A stretch of 64,000 nt of DNA from Pseudomonadota bacterium (GTDB lineage: Bacteria > Pseudomonadota > Alphaproteobacteria > Rhodospirillales > Casp-alpha2): positions 1,794-65,793 of the forward strand of contig JAQBYB010000005.1 in NCBI GenBank assembly GCA_027624235.1, written 5' to 3'. A program made the translations under genes and the position numbers. Position 1 is the stretch's first letter, and each line of letters begins with the position of its first letter. This document shows, one piece after another, positions 55,354-64,000 of this stretch. A model generated the notes under the pieces. That model did not search any database. It saw only the letters and a list, made by a program, of their open reading frames with translations, and was not told the origin of the DNA.

Positions 55354-56769
55354 GTGGTGGATACGGATAAAGCAACGGTCGCCCCCGAAGACCAGGTCCA
55401 CGACCTGGAGGGCGGTATCGAACAGGATGTCGTCGAGGCCCTCGCCGCCGACGAGCAGGGCCGCCTGCGCCAACTGATCGAGCCCCTACATCACGCCGAT
55501 GTCGCCTCCCTGCTGGAACGGCTTGGCGCCGGTGACCGCGACCAGGTCGTCGATATCCTTCGCCCCGATTTCGACCATGAAATTCTCGCCGAACTGGATG
55601 AAACGGTCCGTGATCACGTCATCGATCGGCTGGGCGTTGAGGAAGTGGCGGCGGCGCTTCAGGAAATGGATTCCGACGATGCGCTGGATGTCATCGAGGA
55701 GCTGGACGACGAAGAACAACAACAGGTCCTGGACGCCATTCCCGCCGGTGACAGGACGCTGATCGAAGAAGGCTTATCCTATCCGGAAGACAGCGCCGGG
55801 CGATTGATGCAGCGAGAGGTGGTGACGATTCCGACGTTCTGGAGCGTTGGTGAGACGATCGACTTCCTCCGCAAAAGCGCCGATCGGGAGGATGGCCAGG
55901 CCGGCGGCGAAAACGAATTGCCGACGCAGTTCTATGACATTTTCGTTGTTGACCCAATGCACAAGCCGGTCGGCACCATCCCGCTGAGCCGTATCTTGCG
56001 GACCGCGCGCCAGGTTCCGGTGACCGACATCCTGGAAACGGACATGAAACTGTTACCCGTGACCACCGATCAGGAAGACGTCGCCATCGTGTTTCGTCAA
56101 CGTAATCTGGTGTCGGCGCCGGTGGTCGATAACGCCGGGCGCCTGGTCGGCGCCATCACCATTGATGACGTGGTCGATGTTATCGATGAAGAGCACGAAG
56201 AAGACATCATGCTTCTGGGCGGCGTTAAGGAAGATGATCTCTATGACGCCACCCTGGATACCACGCGGGCGCGTTTTGGCTGGCTGTTGATTAATCTGGC
56301 GACGGCGATTCTGGCCTCCATCGTCATCGGTCTTTTCGATGCCACCCTGGATCAAATGGTCGCCTTGGCGGTGCTGATGCCGATCGTCGCGTCCATGGGC
56401 GGCAATGCCGGCACCCAGACCCTGACCGTCGCCGTCAGGGCGCTGGCGATGAAGGAACTGACGCCGACCAACGCGGCGCGGGTGATCGGTAAGGAAGCCC
56501 TGGTTGGGTTGTTCAACGGCGTGATGTTCGCTGCCTTGATCGGCGTTGTCGCCTGGTTGTGGTTCGACAATCTTGGCTTGGGGGCGGTGATCGGACTGGC
56601 GATGGTCGTCAACATGTTCGTCGCCGGTCTGGCCGGCACGACCATACCATTGGCCCTCGACAAGTTGGGTATCGATCCGGCGGTTGCGTCGAGCGTGTTC
56701 CTGACCACCATCACCGATGTCGTCGGGTTTTTCGTCTTCTTGGGGTTGGCGGCGCTGCTGCTCTTCTAA
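55354..56769 (+). CDS. mgtE: Magnesium transporter MgtE
   Basis: GTG start at 55354 or 55357; the ORF-track start at 55252 lies inside the tRNA. The product has the N-domain, tandem CBS region and C-terminal TM domain (...PIVASMGGNAGTQTLTV...TITDVVGFFVFLGLA). Confidence 0.92.
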   Translation: MVDTDKATVAPEDQVHDLEGGIEQDVVEALAADEQGRLRQLIEPLHHADVASLLERLGAGDRDQVVDILRPDFDHEILAELDETVRDHVIDRLGVEEVAAALQEMDSDDALDVIEELDDEEQQQVLDAIPAGDRTLIEEGLSYPEDSAGRLMQREVVTIPTFWSVGETIDFLRKSADREDGQAGGENELPTQFYDIFVVDPMHKPVGTIPLSRILRTARQVPVTDILETDMKLLPVTTDQEDVAIVFRQRNLVSAPVVDNAGRLVGAITIDDVVDVIDEEHEEDIMLLGGVKEDDLYDATLDTTRARFGWLLINLATAILASIVIGLFDATLDQMVALAVLMPIVASMGGNAGTQTLTVAVRALAMKELTPTNAARVIGKEALVGLFNGVMFAALIGVVAWLWFDNLGLGAVIGLAMVVNMFVAGLAGTTIPLALDKLGIDPAVASSVFLTTITDVVGFFVFLGLAALLLF

Positions 56770-56783
56770 TTTCCAAGGCTTCT

Positions 56784-56803
56784 TTACGTTAACGTCAACG
56801 TAA
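56784..56803. promoter_or_regulatory. LiuR-type operator (box 1) upstream of liuR
   Basis: ttACGTtaACGTcaACGTaa is 18/20 palindromic, with three ACGT cores at 6-bp spacing, 15 nt upstream of the liuR ATG. Confidence 0.6.
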
Positions 56804-56817
56804 GTTACCCTGCGGCC

Positions 56818-57201
56818 ATGACTGATAGCTTTGGCATTGCCGAACTGGCCCGGGAATTCGACGTTACCACCCGGACCATTCGTTTCTATGAGGATAAGGG
56901 CCTGCTGACGCCTGTCCGTAAGGGCCAACGCCGGGTCTATATGCCCCGCGACCGGGTCCGCCTGAAACTGATCATGCGCGGCAAGCGGCTGGGGTTTTCG
57001 TTGGACGAAATCCGCGCCATGATCGACCTCTACGATGTTGACCCAACGGAGGTAACGCAGCTTCGCCACTTCATTGATAAGATTCTTGAACGCAAGGCGG
57101 CCCTGGAACGTCAACAGGCCGATATTGCCGAAACCTTGGCGGAAATCAGCCGTATCGAGGCCCAGTGTTCGTCGCTGTTGAAGGAAAAGCAGAAAAAATG
57201 A
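56818..57201 (+). CDS. liuR: MerR-family regulator of branched-chain acyl-CoA catabolism (LiuR-like)
   Basis: 127 aa, ...IAELAREFDVTTRTIRFYEDKGLL..., with no metal-binding Cys. It sits next to ivd and has ACGT-palindrome boxes. Confidence 0.75.
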   Translation: MTDSFGIAELAREFDVTTRTIRFYEDKGLLTPVRKGQRRVYMPRDRVRLKLIMRGKRLGFSLDEIRAMIDLYDVDPTEVTQLRHFIDKILERKAALERQQADIAETLAEISRIEAQCSSLLKEKQKK

Positions 57202-58037
57202 CCACACCGGATACCGCCCATGGCAAAGCCGCATTAAGAGTCGGGATCGGCGGCCTCGGCACGGTCGGCTTGCCGGTGGCAAAGTGGTTAGATGGTGAGA
57301 CGGAAGCGGGACTAACCCTGGCGGCGGTCGCATCGGGGAACAAGGAACGCGCCCTGGAACGTGTTGCCGATTTCAACACCCCCGTCCCCGTCGTCGAACT
57401 TGGCGAATTGGCGGACTGTTGCGACGTCATCGTCGAATGTGCGCCACCCGGAAAATTTGAGGAAATCGCGGACCCGGCGATCCAGGCCGGGCGAATATTC
57501 ATGCCTTTAAGCGTCACCTCATTGCTGGACCGTATGGACCTGATTGAAACGGCGCGTCAAACGGGGGCGCGCATTATCGTGCCGACGGGGGCGCTGCTGG
57601 GTCTTGATGCGCTCAGGGCCGCTGCGCTCGGCACCATCCATTCCGTTACCATGATTACCCGCAAGCCGCCGAGGGGGTTGGCGAAGGCGACATTCGTGAT
57701 TGAACAGGGGATTGATCTCGATGGCCTCACCGAGCCCAAGAAACTCTTCCAAGGCTACGTTTCCGAGGCGGCGGCACTGTTTCCGGCCAATGTCAATGTC
57801 GCCGTCGCCGTGGGTCTTGCCGGGATCGGCCCGGACAAGACTGAATATGAGATTTGGGCCGACCCCGGCGTGACCCGCAACACCCATACCATCAAGGTCG
57901 ATGCCGACACCGTTCATTTTGAGATGACCATCGCCAATGTGCCGACCGAAGAAAATCCGGCGACCGGAAAATTGGTGCCGTTGAGCGTCATCGAAACGCT
58001 GCGTGGCCTGGTGACGCCGTTCAAGGTCGGCACGTAA
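57198..58037 (+). CDS. Aspartate dehydrogenase-family protein (NadX-like)
   Basis: The ATG at 57198 forms an ATGA overlap with the liuR stop. 279 aa with a Rossmann motif VGIGGLGTVG and a C-terminal ...NTHTIKVDADTVHFEMTIANVPTEENPATGKL... typical of the family. Confidence 0.75.
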   Translation: MTTPDTAHGKAALRVGIGGLGTVGLPVAKWLDGETEAGLTLAAVASGNKERALERVADFNTPVPVVELGELADCCDVIVECAPPGKFEEIADPAIQAGRIFMPLSVTSLLDRMDLIETARQTGARIIVPTGALLGLDALRAAALGTIHSVTMITRKPPRGLAKATFVIEQGIDLDGLTEPKKLFQGYVSEAAALFPANVNVAVAVGLAGIGPDKTEYEIWADPGVTRNTHTIKVDADTVHFEMTIANVPTEENPATGKLVPLSVIETLRGLVTPFKVGT

Positions 58038-58050
58038 GAGGAGGCGGGGG

Positions 58051-58506
58051 ATGACGGACTTCACCGCCAAGGATCCGAACTTCGAGGCGCGGGTGCGAAA
58101 AAGCTTCGAGGCGCAAGGCATCATGGGCCACCTTGGCGCCAGGCTGGTCTCGGTTACCCCCGGCGCTTGCGAAATTGATCTTCCGTATTCGGACGCGGTA
58201 TCTCAACAACATGGTTTTTTCCATGGCGGCGTCATTGGCACCATCGCCGACAGCGCCGGCGGTTATGCCGGTTTTAGCCTGATGGATGCCGATGACGGGG
58301 TTTTGACGGTTGAATACAAGATCAACCTGATGGCGCCGGCATCCGGGGAATTGCTGATTGCGCGCGGCCAGGTGTGGCGGCCGGGGCGGACCCTGACCGT
58401 CACCATGGCCGAGGTCTCCGTGGTCAACGATGGCAAGGAGACCGTCTGCGCCGCCATGCAGCAAACCTTGATGCGCATCGTCGGCCGCGCCGACGTTTCC
58501 GGCTAA
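58051..58506 (+). CDS. PaaI-family hotdog-fold thioesterase
   Basis: 151 aa containing ...QQHGFFHGGVIGTIADSAGGYA...VEYKINLMAPA... Confidence 0.8.
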   Translation: MTDFTAKDPNFEARVRKSFEAQGIMGHLGARLVSVTPGACEIDLPYSDAVSQQHGFFHGGVIGTIADSAGGYAGFSLMDADDGVLTVEYKINLMAPASGELLIARGQVWRPGRTLTVTMAEVSVVNDGKETVCAAMQQTLMRIVGRADVSG

Positions 58507-58515
58507 GGTCGGTCC

Positions 58516-59748
58516 ATGCAAACCGGGATTCCCTTCGTTCAGTTTCTCCTGACCATCGCGGGCGCGGTCACCGCTGCTCTCGGCCTCGCCCTTTGGGCGC
58601 TGGAAAGCGGTCGGGATGAGGAACTGACGCCGTCTCGCCGCCGTCTCGGTGAAAGCTGGCGGATGCTATCACAAGCCCCTTGGCGCGATATCATCCCCTG
58701 CATAACCGGTTGGCTGGTGAAAAAAACCAATGATCTGATTCGGTCGTTTTTTCAGGAAGCGGATCAGGGCATTGCCTTCGGCGGGGTGGTTTTTATCATC
58801 CTGTTCATCTTCATCCCCCTTGCCGCCGCCCTGAATGCGTTGTTCGGGGGGTCTTCGTTTCTGTTTTGGTATTACGGGACGTTGTTGGCGGCCCTGGCAT
58901 TTCTGAACGTATCCGGAGAAACGGGACGGTTGCGGATTGTCAGCAGCATGGTCGCGGTTTATCTGGGCTTATCGTTTTTTGTCGTTATCCCGGTCTATGT
59001 CCTCCAGTCCTTTACCGAGGTGACCATCAATTCCATTTTCTCTCATAGCGTCCTCAAAAGTCTGCTGGTTGCCATTATCTGGTACGTGGCGGCCTATGGG
59101 GCAGGGGTGTTGATCGATACTTGGTTCCGGTCGCGTGGAATTGACCCGGTCGCCTCGCCGACGGCGCGGTTTATTAATCAGTTCCTGGCGGCGTTGCCGG
59201 TGGCCTATGTGTTGACCTTCTTTGCCCTGCTGGCCGGTCATTTCGGGGTGCTGGAGCAAAGTCCCGCCCGGTCGTGGCGACTGGTTCTGGCCAGCACCGG
59301 GCTGACGGCGCTCAGTCTGCCGACGACGTTGTTGATTCTGGGCCTTGGTGCGAAAAACAGGTCTTTGCTGCCGGTTTGGTATTTATTAGCGTTGTTCGCG
59401 ATTTTTGATTATTCGGTTCTGGTCGCCATTGTCGCCTATGCGGGCACCGATCAATCGGTTACCCAAACCGGGGTCCTCAACGTCTTGATTGGCCTGACCC
59501 AGGACGGCAAGGCGGTTTATATGGGCCCGCAATTCTGGATTTTACACCTGCCGTTTTTGCCGTTGGTTGTGTTTTTCCTTGGCATTGGAAGCGGGTTCAT
59601 TGTCAAAGGCGTTATCCGTGGCGTTGGCGCTTTCTCTGGTCCCGCGTTTGCCTTCGATCAGCCCTATCTTGCGTCCGCCTTTGTCTGCGCGGGGTGGGCT
59701 CTTGTGTTTTGGGGCGTGGCATTGCTGCTTAAATTGACGTTTACGTAA
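58516..59748 (+). CDS. Polytopic membrane protein of unknown function
   Basis: 410 aa with about 10 hydrophobic segments and no recognisable motif. Its stop codon lies inside LiuR box 2. Confidence 0.6.
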   Translation: MQTGIPFVQFLLTIAGAVTAALGLALWALESGRDEELTPSRRRLGESWRMLSQAPWRDIIPCITGWLVKKTNDLIRSFFQEADQGIAFGGVVFIILFIFIPLAAALNALFGGSSFLFWYYGTLLAALAFLNVSGETGRLRIVSSMVAVYLGLSFFVVIPVYVLQSFTEVTINSIFSHSVLKSLLVAIIWYVAAYGAGVLIDTWFRSRGIDPVASPTARFINQFLAALPVAYVLTFFALLAGHFGVLEQSPARSWRLVLASTGLTALSLPTTLLILGLGAKNRSLLPVWYLLALFAIFDYSVLVAIVAYAGTDQSVTQTGVLNVLIGLTQDGKAVYMGPQFWILHLPFLPLVVFFLGIGSGFIVKGVIRGVGAFSGPAFAFDQPYLASAFVCAGWALVFWGVALLLKLTFT

Positions 59749-59755
59749 ACGTCAA
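59734..59755. promoter_or_regulatory. LiuR-type operator (box 2) upstream of ivd
   Basis: TTGACGTTTACGTAAACGTCAA is a perfect 22-bp palindrome with three ACGT cores at 6-bp spacing. Confidence 0.7.
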
Positions 59756-59802
59756 GTATGGTTTCGATATCCATCAACCCTGCCTGGGAGATAGGAAGCC
59801 CA

Positions 59803-60978
59803 ATGATTGCCAACGATTTTCCGGCCCTGGATTTCAATCTCGGTGAAACCGCCGATATGTTGCGGAATACGGTGCGCAGCTTCGCCGCCGACGAAATTGC
59901 GCCACGTGCCGCCGGCATCGATGCAAGCAATGAATTCCCGGCTGATTTATGGCGCAAGATGGGTGACCTTGGCCTGCTTGGGATCACCGCCGACGAAGCC
60001 TACGGCGGCGCCGGCATGGGCTACCGCGAACATGTCGTGGCGATGGAGGAAATCAGCCGCGCGTCCGCGTCCGTGGGCTTAAGCTACGGCGCCCATTCCA
60101 ACCTCGCCGTCAATCAGCTTCAGATCAACGGCTCCGAGGATCAAAAACAACGCTACCTGCCGAAGATGATCTCCGGCGAACACGTCGGCGCGTTGGCGAT
60201 GAGTGAGCCCAATGCCGGATCCGACGTCATCGGCATGAAGTTAAAGGCCGATAAAAAGGGCGACCGCTATATCCTCAACGGCACCAAAATGTGGATCACC
60301 AACGGCCCCGACGCCGACACCCTGATCATCTATGGCAAGACCGATGCGGACGCCGGCTCCAGGGGCCTGACCAGCTTTATCGTCGAAAAAGGCTTCAAGG
60401 GCTTTTCCACGACCGCCAAGCTGGACAAGCTCGGCATGCGGGGCTCAAACACCTGTGAGTTGGTGTTCACCGATTGCGAGGTGCCGGCGGAAAACGTGCT
60501 GGGTGGGATCGGCAACGGCTCCAGGGTATTGATGAGCGGCCTTGATTTTGAGCGCACCGTGTTGGCCGCCGGGCCGTTGGGCATCATGCAGGCATGCATG
60601 GATGTGGTGCTGCCCTATGTGCATGAGCGCAAGCAGTTCGGCGAGGCCATCGGGACGTTTCAGCTGATGCAGGGAAAGCTGGCCGATATGTACACCACCA
60701 TGAACGCCGCCAAGGCCTACGTCTATGCCGTGGCGGCGGCGTGTGATGCGGGCGCCGGGGCCAGGAAAGACGCCGCCGGGGCGATCCTGTTCGCCGCCGA
60801 AAAAGCCACCTGGATGGCGCTGGAAGCCATACAATGCCTGGGCGGCATGGGTTATATGAACGAAAGCCCGACGGGCCGCCTGCTCAGGGACGCCAAACTG
60901 TACGAAATCGGCGCCGGCACCTCGGAAATCCGCCGCTGGCTGATCGGCCGCGAGTTGTTCGAGGAAACTGGTAACTAG
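59803..60978 (+). CDS. ivd: Isovaleryl-CoA dehydrogenase
   Basis: ATG at 59803 gives 391 aa. The ORF-track ATG at 59758 abuts the operator and adds a non-conserved leader. Product is [28 protein letters not shown]...; the acyl-CoA dehydrogenase signature includes the C-terminal [12 protein letters not shown]. Confidence 0.92.
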   Translation: MIANDFPALDFNLGETADMLRNTVRSFAADEIAPRAAGIDASNEFPADLWRKMGDLGLLGITADEAYGGAGMGYREHVVAMEEISRASASVGLSYGAHSNLAVNQLQINGSEDQKQRYLPKMISGEHVGALAMSEPNAGSDVIGMKLKADKKGDRYILNGTKMWITNGPDADTLIIYGKTDADAGSRGLTSFIVEKGFKGFSTTAKLDKLGMRGSNTCELVFTDCEVPAENVLGGIGNGSRVLMSGLDFERTVLAAGPLGIMQACMDVVLPYVHERKQFGEAIGTFQLMQGKLADMYTTMNAAKAYVYAVAAACDAGAGARKDAAGAILFAAEKATWMALEAIQCLGGMGYMNESPTGRLLRDAKLYEIGAGTSEIRRWLIGRELFEETGN

Positions 60979-61043
60979 TTTGTTTGACAAATAAGGTCAT
61001 TTTGTGACATATACACAGGGTAACTTGAATTTGGAGGTGTACT

Positions 61044-61526
61044 ATGACCAAGGTTTTGGAACGACAAACCTGGAATGACATGACGAAAATTGCTGATGGG
61101 CTGCCTTCAAAGGCGGAAAAGATTCGGCAACTCCATAGTAGCGGTTACCCCCTCGCCGATATCGCCCGTTTTCTCGAAATCCGTTATCAGCATGTTCGCG
61201 GTGTGGTGATTCGGGCCAAGGAAAAGGAAGCGCGGCAAGTAAAAGACGATCAATCGGCGATGCCGCCGGCCCAAGTCTCCGCGCAAGTGGGGCCAGAAGG
61301 GCGGATCGTTATTCCAGCACCCTATCGCCGGCTTCTCGGAATAGAGAGCGGCGGCCATGTCACCATGCTGTGGGAAGATGGTGAGATTAGACTGTTCGGT
61401 CGTGACAGGGCTATTGCGCGGGCGCAGGCACTCGTTGCCCCCTACCTCGAAGATGAGTCGACTTCGACCGAAGCCTTCCTTGCCGAACGCCGCCAAGAGG
61501 CCCAACGTGAGGCTTCCGGTGGGTGA
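61044..61526 (+). CDS. AbrB/SpoVT-domain antitoxin (VapB-like) with an extra N-terminal HTH-like domain
   Basis: 160 aa. The C-terminal half, GRIVIPAPYRRLLGIESGGHVTMLWEDGEIRLF, is a swapped-hairpin AbrB-type motif. The N-terminal ~70 aa, ...AEKIRQLHSSGYPLADIARFLEIRYQHVRGVV, looks HTH-like. Confidence 0.75.
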   Translation: MTKVLERQTWNDMTKIADGLPSKAEKIRQLHSSGYPLADIARFLEIRYQHVRGVVIRAKEKEARQVKDDQSAMPPAQVSAQVGPEGRIVIPAPYRRLLGIESGGHVTMLWEDGEIRLFGRDRAIARAQALVAPYLEDESTSTEAFLAERRQEAQREASGG

Positions 61527-61905
61527 GGTTGTGCTTGACGCGTCCGCGGTAATCGCGCTGTTGCGCCGCGAGGCGGGAGCCGATGTCGTCGCATCCGCAC
61601 TTCCGGGCGCCATGATATCGGCGGTGAATTTGTCGGAAGTTGCTGTCTGGCTTTCGGATGCGGGCGTTAAGGACGACACTGTTCGACAGACATTGGACGG
61701 ATTGAGGCTTGACCATTGCACCTTCGATAGCGAAACAGCGTTCAGATCGGCAGGGCTCAGAAAGTCGACACGGAATAAAGGGCTTTCACTGGGCGATCGT
61801 GCGTGTTTGACCCTTGCCTTGGAATTGGATCTTCCCGTATTAACCGCCGATCGAATCTGGGCCGAATTGGATATTGGGGTTGACGTCTTGCTTATTCGGG
61901 AATGA
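61519..61905 (+). CDS. vapC: PIN-domain toxin (VapC-like)
   Basis: The GTG at 61519 overlaps the antitoxin stop by 8 nt (a GTG at 61507 is also possible). Product is ...VVLDASAVIALL...SAVNLSEV...LSLGDRACLTLA...VLTADR..., with the acidic PIN residues in place. Confidence 0.82.
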   Translation: MGEVVLDASAVIALLRREAGADVVASALPGAMISAVNLSEVAVWLSDAGVKDDTVRQTLDGLRLDHCTFDSETAFRSAGLRKSTRNKGLSLGDRACLTLALELDLPVLTADRIWAELDIGVDVLLIRE

Positions 61906-61918
61906 AAGAAATTATCTA

Positions 61919-62401
61919 ATGGCGACACACGCAAAGTTAATAACCCCCGCCCTCGACCCGGAAACGGTCGCGGTTCGCGTCGGCACCACCTACCCGGAAC
62001 CGTTCAAGCTGGGCGTCGAGGCGCGGCAAAAGCGGGTCATCGGCGACGCCCTCGGCTTGAGCCAGTTTGGCGTCAATACGGTGCGGCTGACTGCCGGCGT
62101 GATGTCGTCGCAGCGTCATTGGCACAGCCATGAGGACGAATTCGTGATGGTGCTGGAAGGCGAGTTGGTCCTCGTCACCGACGCCGGGGAGCAAGTATTG
62201 GGGCCGGGCATGGCCGCCGGGTTTCCGGCCGGATCGGGTGATGGCCATCATTTGATTAATCGCACCGACAGTGACGCGGTTTACCTGGAAGTCGGTGGCC
62301 GCGACGGGCAAGATGACGTCGACTATCCGGACATCGACATGATCCGCCGCACCCGTGGCGGCACGAAGGTATTTCTGCACAAGGATGAAACGCCCTATTG
62401 A
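61919..62401 (+). CDS. Cupin domain protein
   Basis: ATG at 61919; 160 aa containing ...HWHSHEDEFVMVLEGELVLVTD...GFPAGSGDGHHLIN... Confidence 0.8.
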   Translation: MATHAKLITPALDPETVAVRVGTTYPEPFKLGVEARQKRVIGDALGLSQFGVNTVRLTAGVMSSQRHWHSHEDEFVMVLEGELVLVTDAGEQVLGPGMAAGFPAGSGDGHHLINRTDSDAVYLEVGGRDGQDDVDYPDIDMIRRTRGGTKVFLHKDETPY

Positions 62402-62414
62402 GGGCAGGAATGGA

Positions 62415-63620
62415 ATGAGCGCCATGAGCGACAATAAAGACCCCATCGTCATCGTCGGCGCCGCCAGGACGCCCATGGGCGGCTTCCAGGGCGACCTGTC
62501 GCCGGTCACGGCGCCGGAGCTGGGCGGCGTCGCCATCAAGGCGGCGATTGAGAGAAGCGGATTGACAGGCGACGACATCGACGAGGTGATCATGGGGCTT
62601 TGCCTGTTCGCCGGTCTCGGCCAAGCCCCGTCCCGCCAGGCCGCCCATCACGCCGGACTTCCCTGGGACACTGGATGCACCACCATCTCGAAGATGTGCG
62701 GTTCCGCCATGAAGGCGGCAATGCAGGCCCACGACGGCATTGTTGCCGGATCATCGACGGTGACCGTCGCCGGCGGCATGGAAAGCATGTCCAACGCGCC
62801 CTATTTGCTGGAGAAAGCCCGGCAGGGCTATCGGCTTGGCCACGGTGGTACGGTCAAGGATCATATGTTTATCGACGGCCTGGAAGACGCCTATGACCGG
62901 GGCAAATTGATGGGCTGTTTCGCCGAGGACACGGCAACCAAATACCAGTTCACCCGTGATGCCCAGGATGATTTCGCCATTGAATCTCTCCGCCGCGCCA
63001 AAACGGCCATCGAAGACGGCAGCTTCAAGGGGGAGGTCGTGCCGGTGACGGTCAAGACCCGCAAGGGCGATGTCGTTGTCGACCAGGATGAGCAGCCGCT
63101 CAAGGCCAACATCGATAAAATTCGCCAGTTGAAGCCGGCGTTTACCGCAGACGGTACCGTGACGCCGGCCAATTCCAGTTCCATTTCCGATGGCGGTGCG
63201 GCGCTGGTATTAATGCGGATGTCGGAGGCTGAAAAACGTGCACTTACACCTTTAGCGGCGATCCGCGGCCATGCCACCCATGCCCAGGAACCGGCCTGGT
63301 TTACCACCGCCCCCATCGGCGCCGTTAAGAAATTGTTGGACAAGACCGGCTGGGACAAGGCCGAGGTCGATTTGTTTGAGATCAATGAAGCCTTCGCCGT
63401 CGTCACCATGGCGGCGATGCGCGATCTGGGTATTCCGCACGATAAGGTCAACGTCCATGGCGGGGCGTGCGCATTGGGCCATCCCGTCGGCGCGTCCGGG
63501 GCGCGGATAATCGTTACCTTGCTGGCGGCGCTGCAAAAATACGATCTGAAAAAGGGCGTCGCGTCGCTGTGCATCGGCGGCGGCGAGGCGACGGCCATGG
63601 CCATCGAGCGGATAAGCTGA
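62415..63620 (+). CDS. Acetyl-CoA C-acetyltransferase (thiolase II)
   Basis: ATG at 62415 (or 62424); about 401 aa. Product is ...PIVIVGAARTPMGGFQG..., with active-site KMCGSAMKA, NEAFA, GGACALGHPVGASG and CIGGGEA. Confidence 0.93.
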   Translation: MSAMSDNKDPIVIVGAARTPMGGFQGDLSPVTAPELGGVAIKAAIERSGLTGDDIDEVIMGLCLFAGLGQAPSRQAAHHAGLPWDTGCTTISKMCGSAMKAAMQAHDGIVAGSSTVTVAGGMESMSNAPYLLEKARQGYRLGHGGTVKDHMFIDGLEDAYDRGKLMGCFAEDTATKYQFTRDAQDDFAIESLRRAKTAIEDGSFKGEVVPVTVKTRKGDVVVDQDEQPLKANIDKIRQLKPAFTADGTVTPANSSSISDGGAALVLMRMSEAEKRALTPLAAIRGHATHAQEPAWFTTAPIGAVKKLLDKTGWDKAEVDLFEINEAFAVVTMAAMRDLGIPHDKVNVHGGACALGHPVGASGARIIVTLLAALQKYDLKKGVASLCIGGGEATAMAIERIS

Positions 63621-63621
63621 C

Positions 63622-64000
63622 ATGGCGCGGCGCAATATTTCCCAGGGATCAAAATTCGAAGAACTGGCCGGGTATTCTCGTGCCGTGGTCGATGATCCGT
63701 GGGTGTTCGTTTCCGGCACCACCGGGTTCGATTATGCCGCCGGGACTATATCGGACGATATCACCGAGCAGACGGAGCAGATATTCCGCAACTTAAACTG
63801 GGCACTGAAGGAAGCGGGCGCATCCCTGGACGATGTAGTTCGAGTGCGGGTCTATCTGGCGGCGGCTGAATATTTCAAGCCGGTTGCCGCAGTACTGGGC
63901 CGTGAGTTCGCATCGGTGCGCCCCACCAATACCACAGTCGTTACGGACCTCGTCTATCCCACCATGAAGGTGGAGATCGAAGTCACGGCGAAAAAGAGAG
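63622..64000 (+). CDS. RidA/YjgF-family protein, 3'-truncated by window edge
   Basis: The frame is open from the ATG at 63622 to the window end. Product is MARRNISQGSKFEELAGYSRAVVDDPWVFVSGTTGFD...LDDVVRVRVYL... It is absent from the ORF track because no stop lies in the window. Confidence 0.8.
   Translation, partial: MARRNISQGSKFEELAGYSRAVVDDPWVFVSGTTGFDYAAGTISDDITEQTEQIFRNLNWALKEAGASLDDVVRVRVYLAAAEYFKPVAAVLGREFASVRPTNTTVVTDLVYPTMKVEIEVTAKKR

Noticed and set aside
56053-57333. 426-aa minus-strand ORF across mgtE and liuR
   Set aside because: It is antisense to two well-supported genes. Its Arg/Gly/Pro/Gln-rich composition has no motifs, so it is an artefact of stop-codon depletion.

Overview
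The window looks like an alphaproteobacterial chromosome segment, judged from protein sequences and gene order; no database search was possible. It falls into four parts.

- **nt 1-29,500:** the conserved translation/transcription super-cluster, all on the + strand. It runs rplA(partial)-rplJ-rplL-rpoB-rpoC, then rpsL-rpsG-fusA-tuf, then the S10/spc/alpha genes rpsJ through rplQ, including secY, adk and rpoA. Consensus promoters and intrinsic terminators are recognisable.
- **29.5-41.2 kb:** housekeeping genes. These are an HtrA-like protease, a dienelactone hydrolase, rarA, a cation/H+ antiporter, an RluA-family pseudouridine synthase, an orphan OmpR-type regulator, a HAD hydrolase, AsmA, a short ATP12-like protein and pccB.
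- **41.2-51.3 kb:** an accessory segment of about 10 kb that separates pccB from pccA, and the most interesting region. It carries a three-Cys MerR-type regulator and two mer-operator-like promoters. These appear to drive a tightly coupled four-gene cargo: an HMA protein, a CcdA/DsbD_2-like membrane protein, a cysteine-free secreted 480-aa protein of unknown family, and a P1B ATPase. The ATPase has HMA domains at both ends and a YPC motif in place of CPC. No merA, merT or merP is present. The segment also holds a (TAAGC)9 microsatellite and two IS30-like end remnants.
- **53-64 kb:** acyP, an EamA transporter, lipB, tRNA-Leu(GAG), mgtE, a LiuR-controlled isovalerate cluster with (ACGTnn)3 palindromic boxes, a vapBC-like module, a thiolase and a partial RidA gene.

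No rRNA genes or CRISPR arrays were seen.
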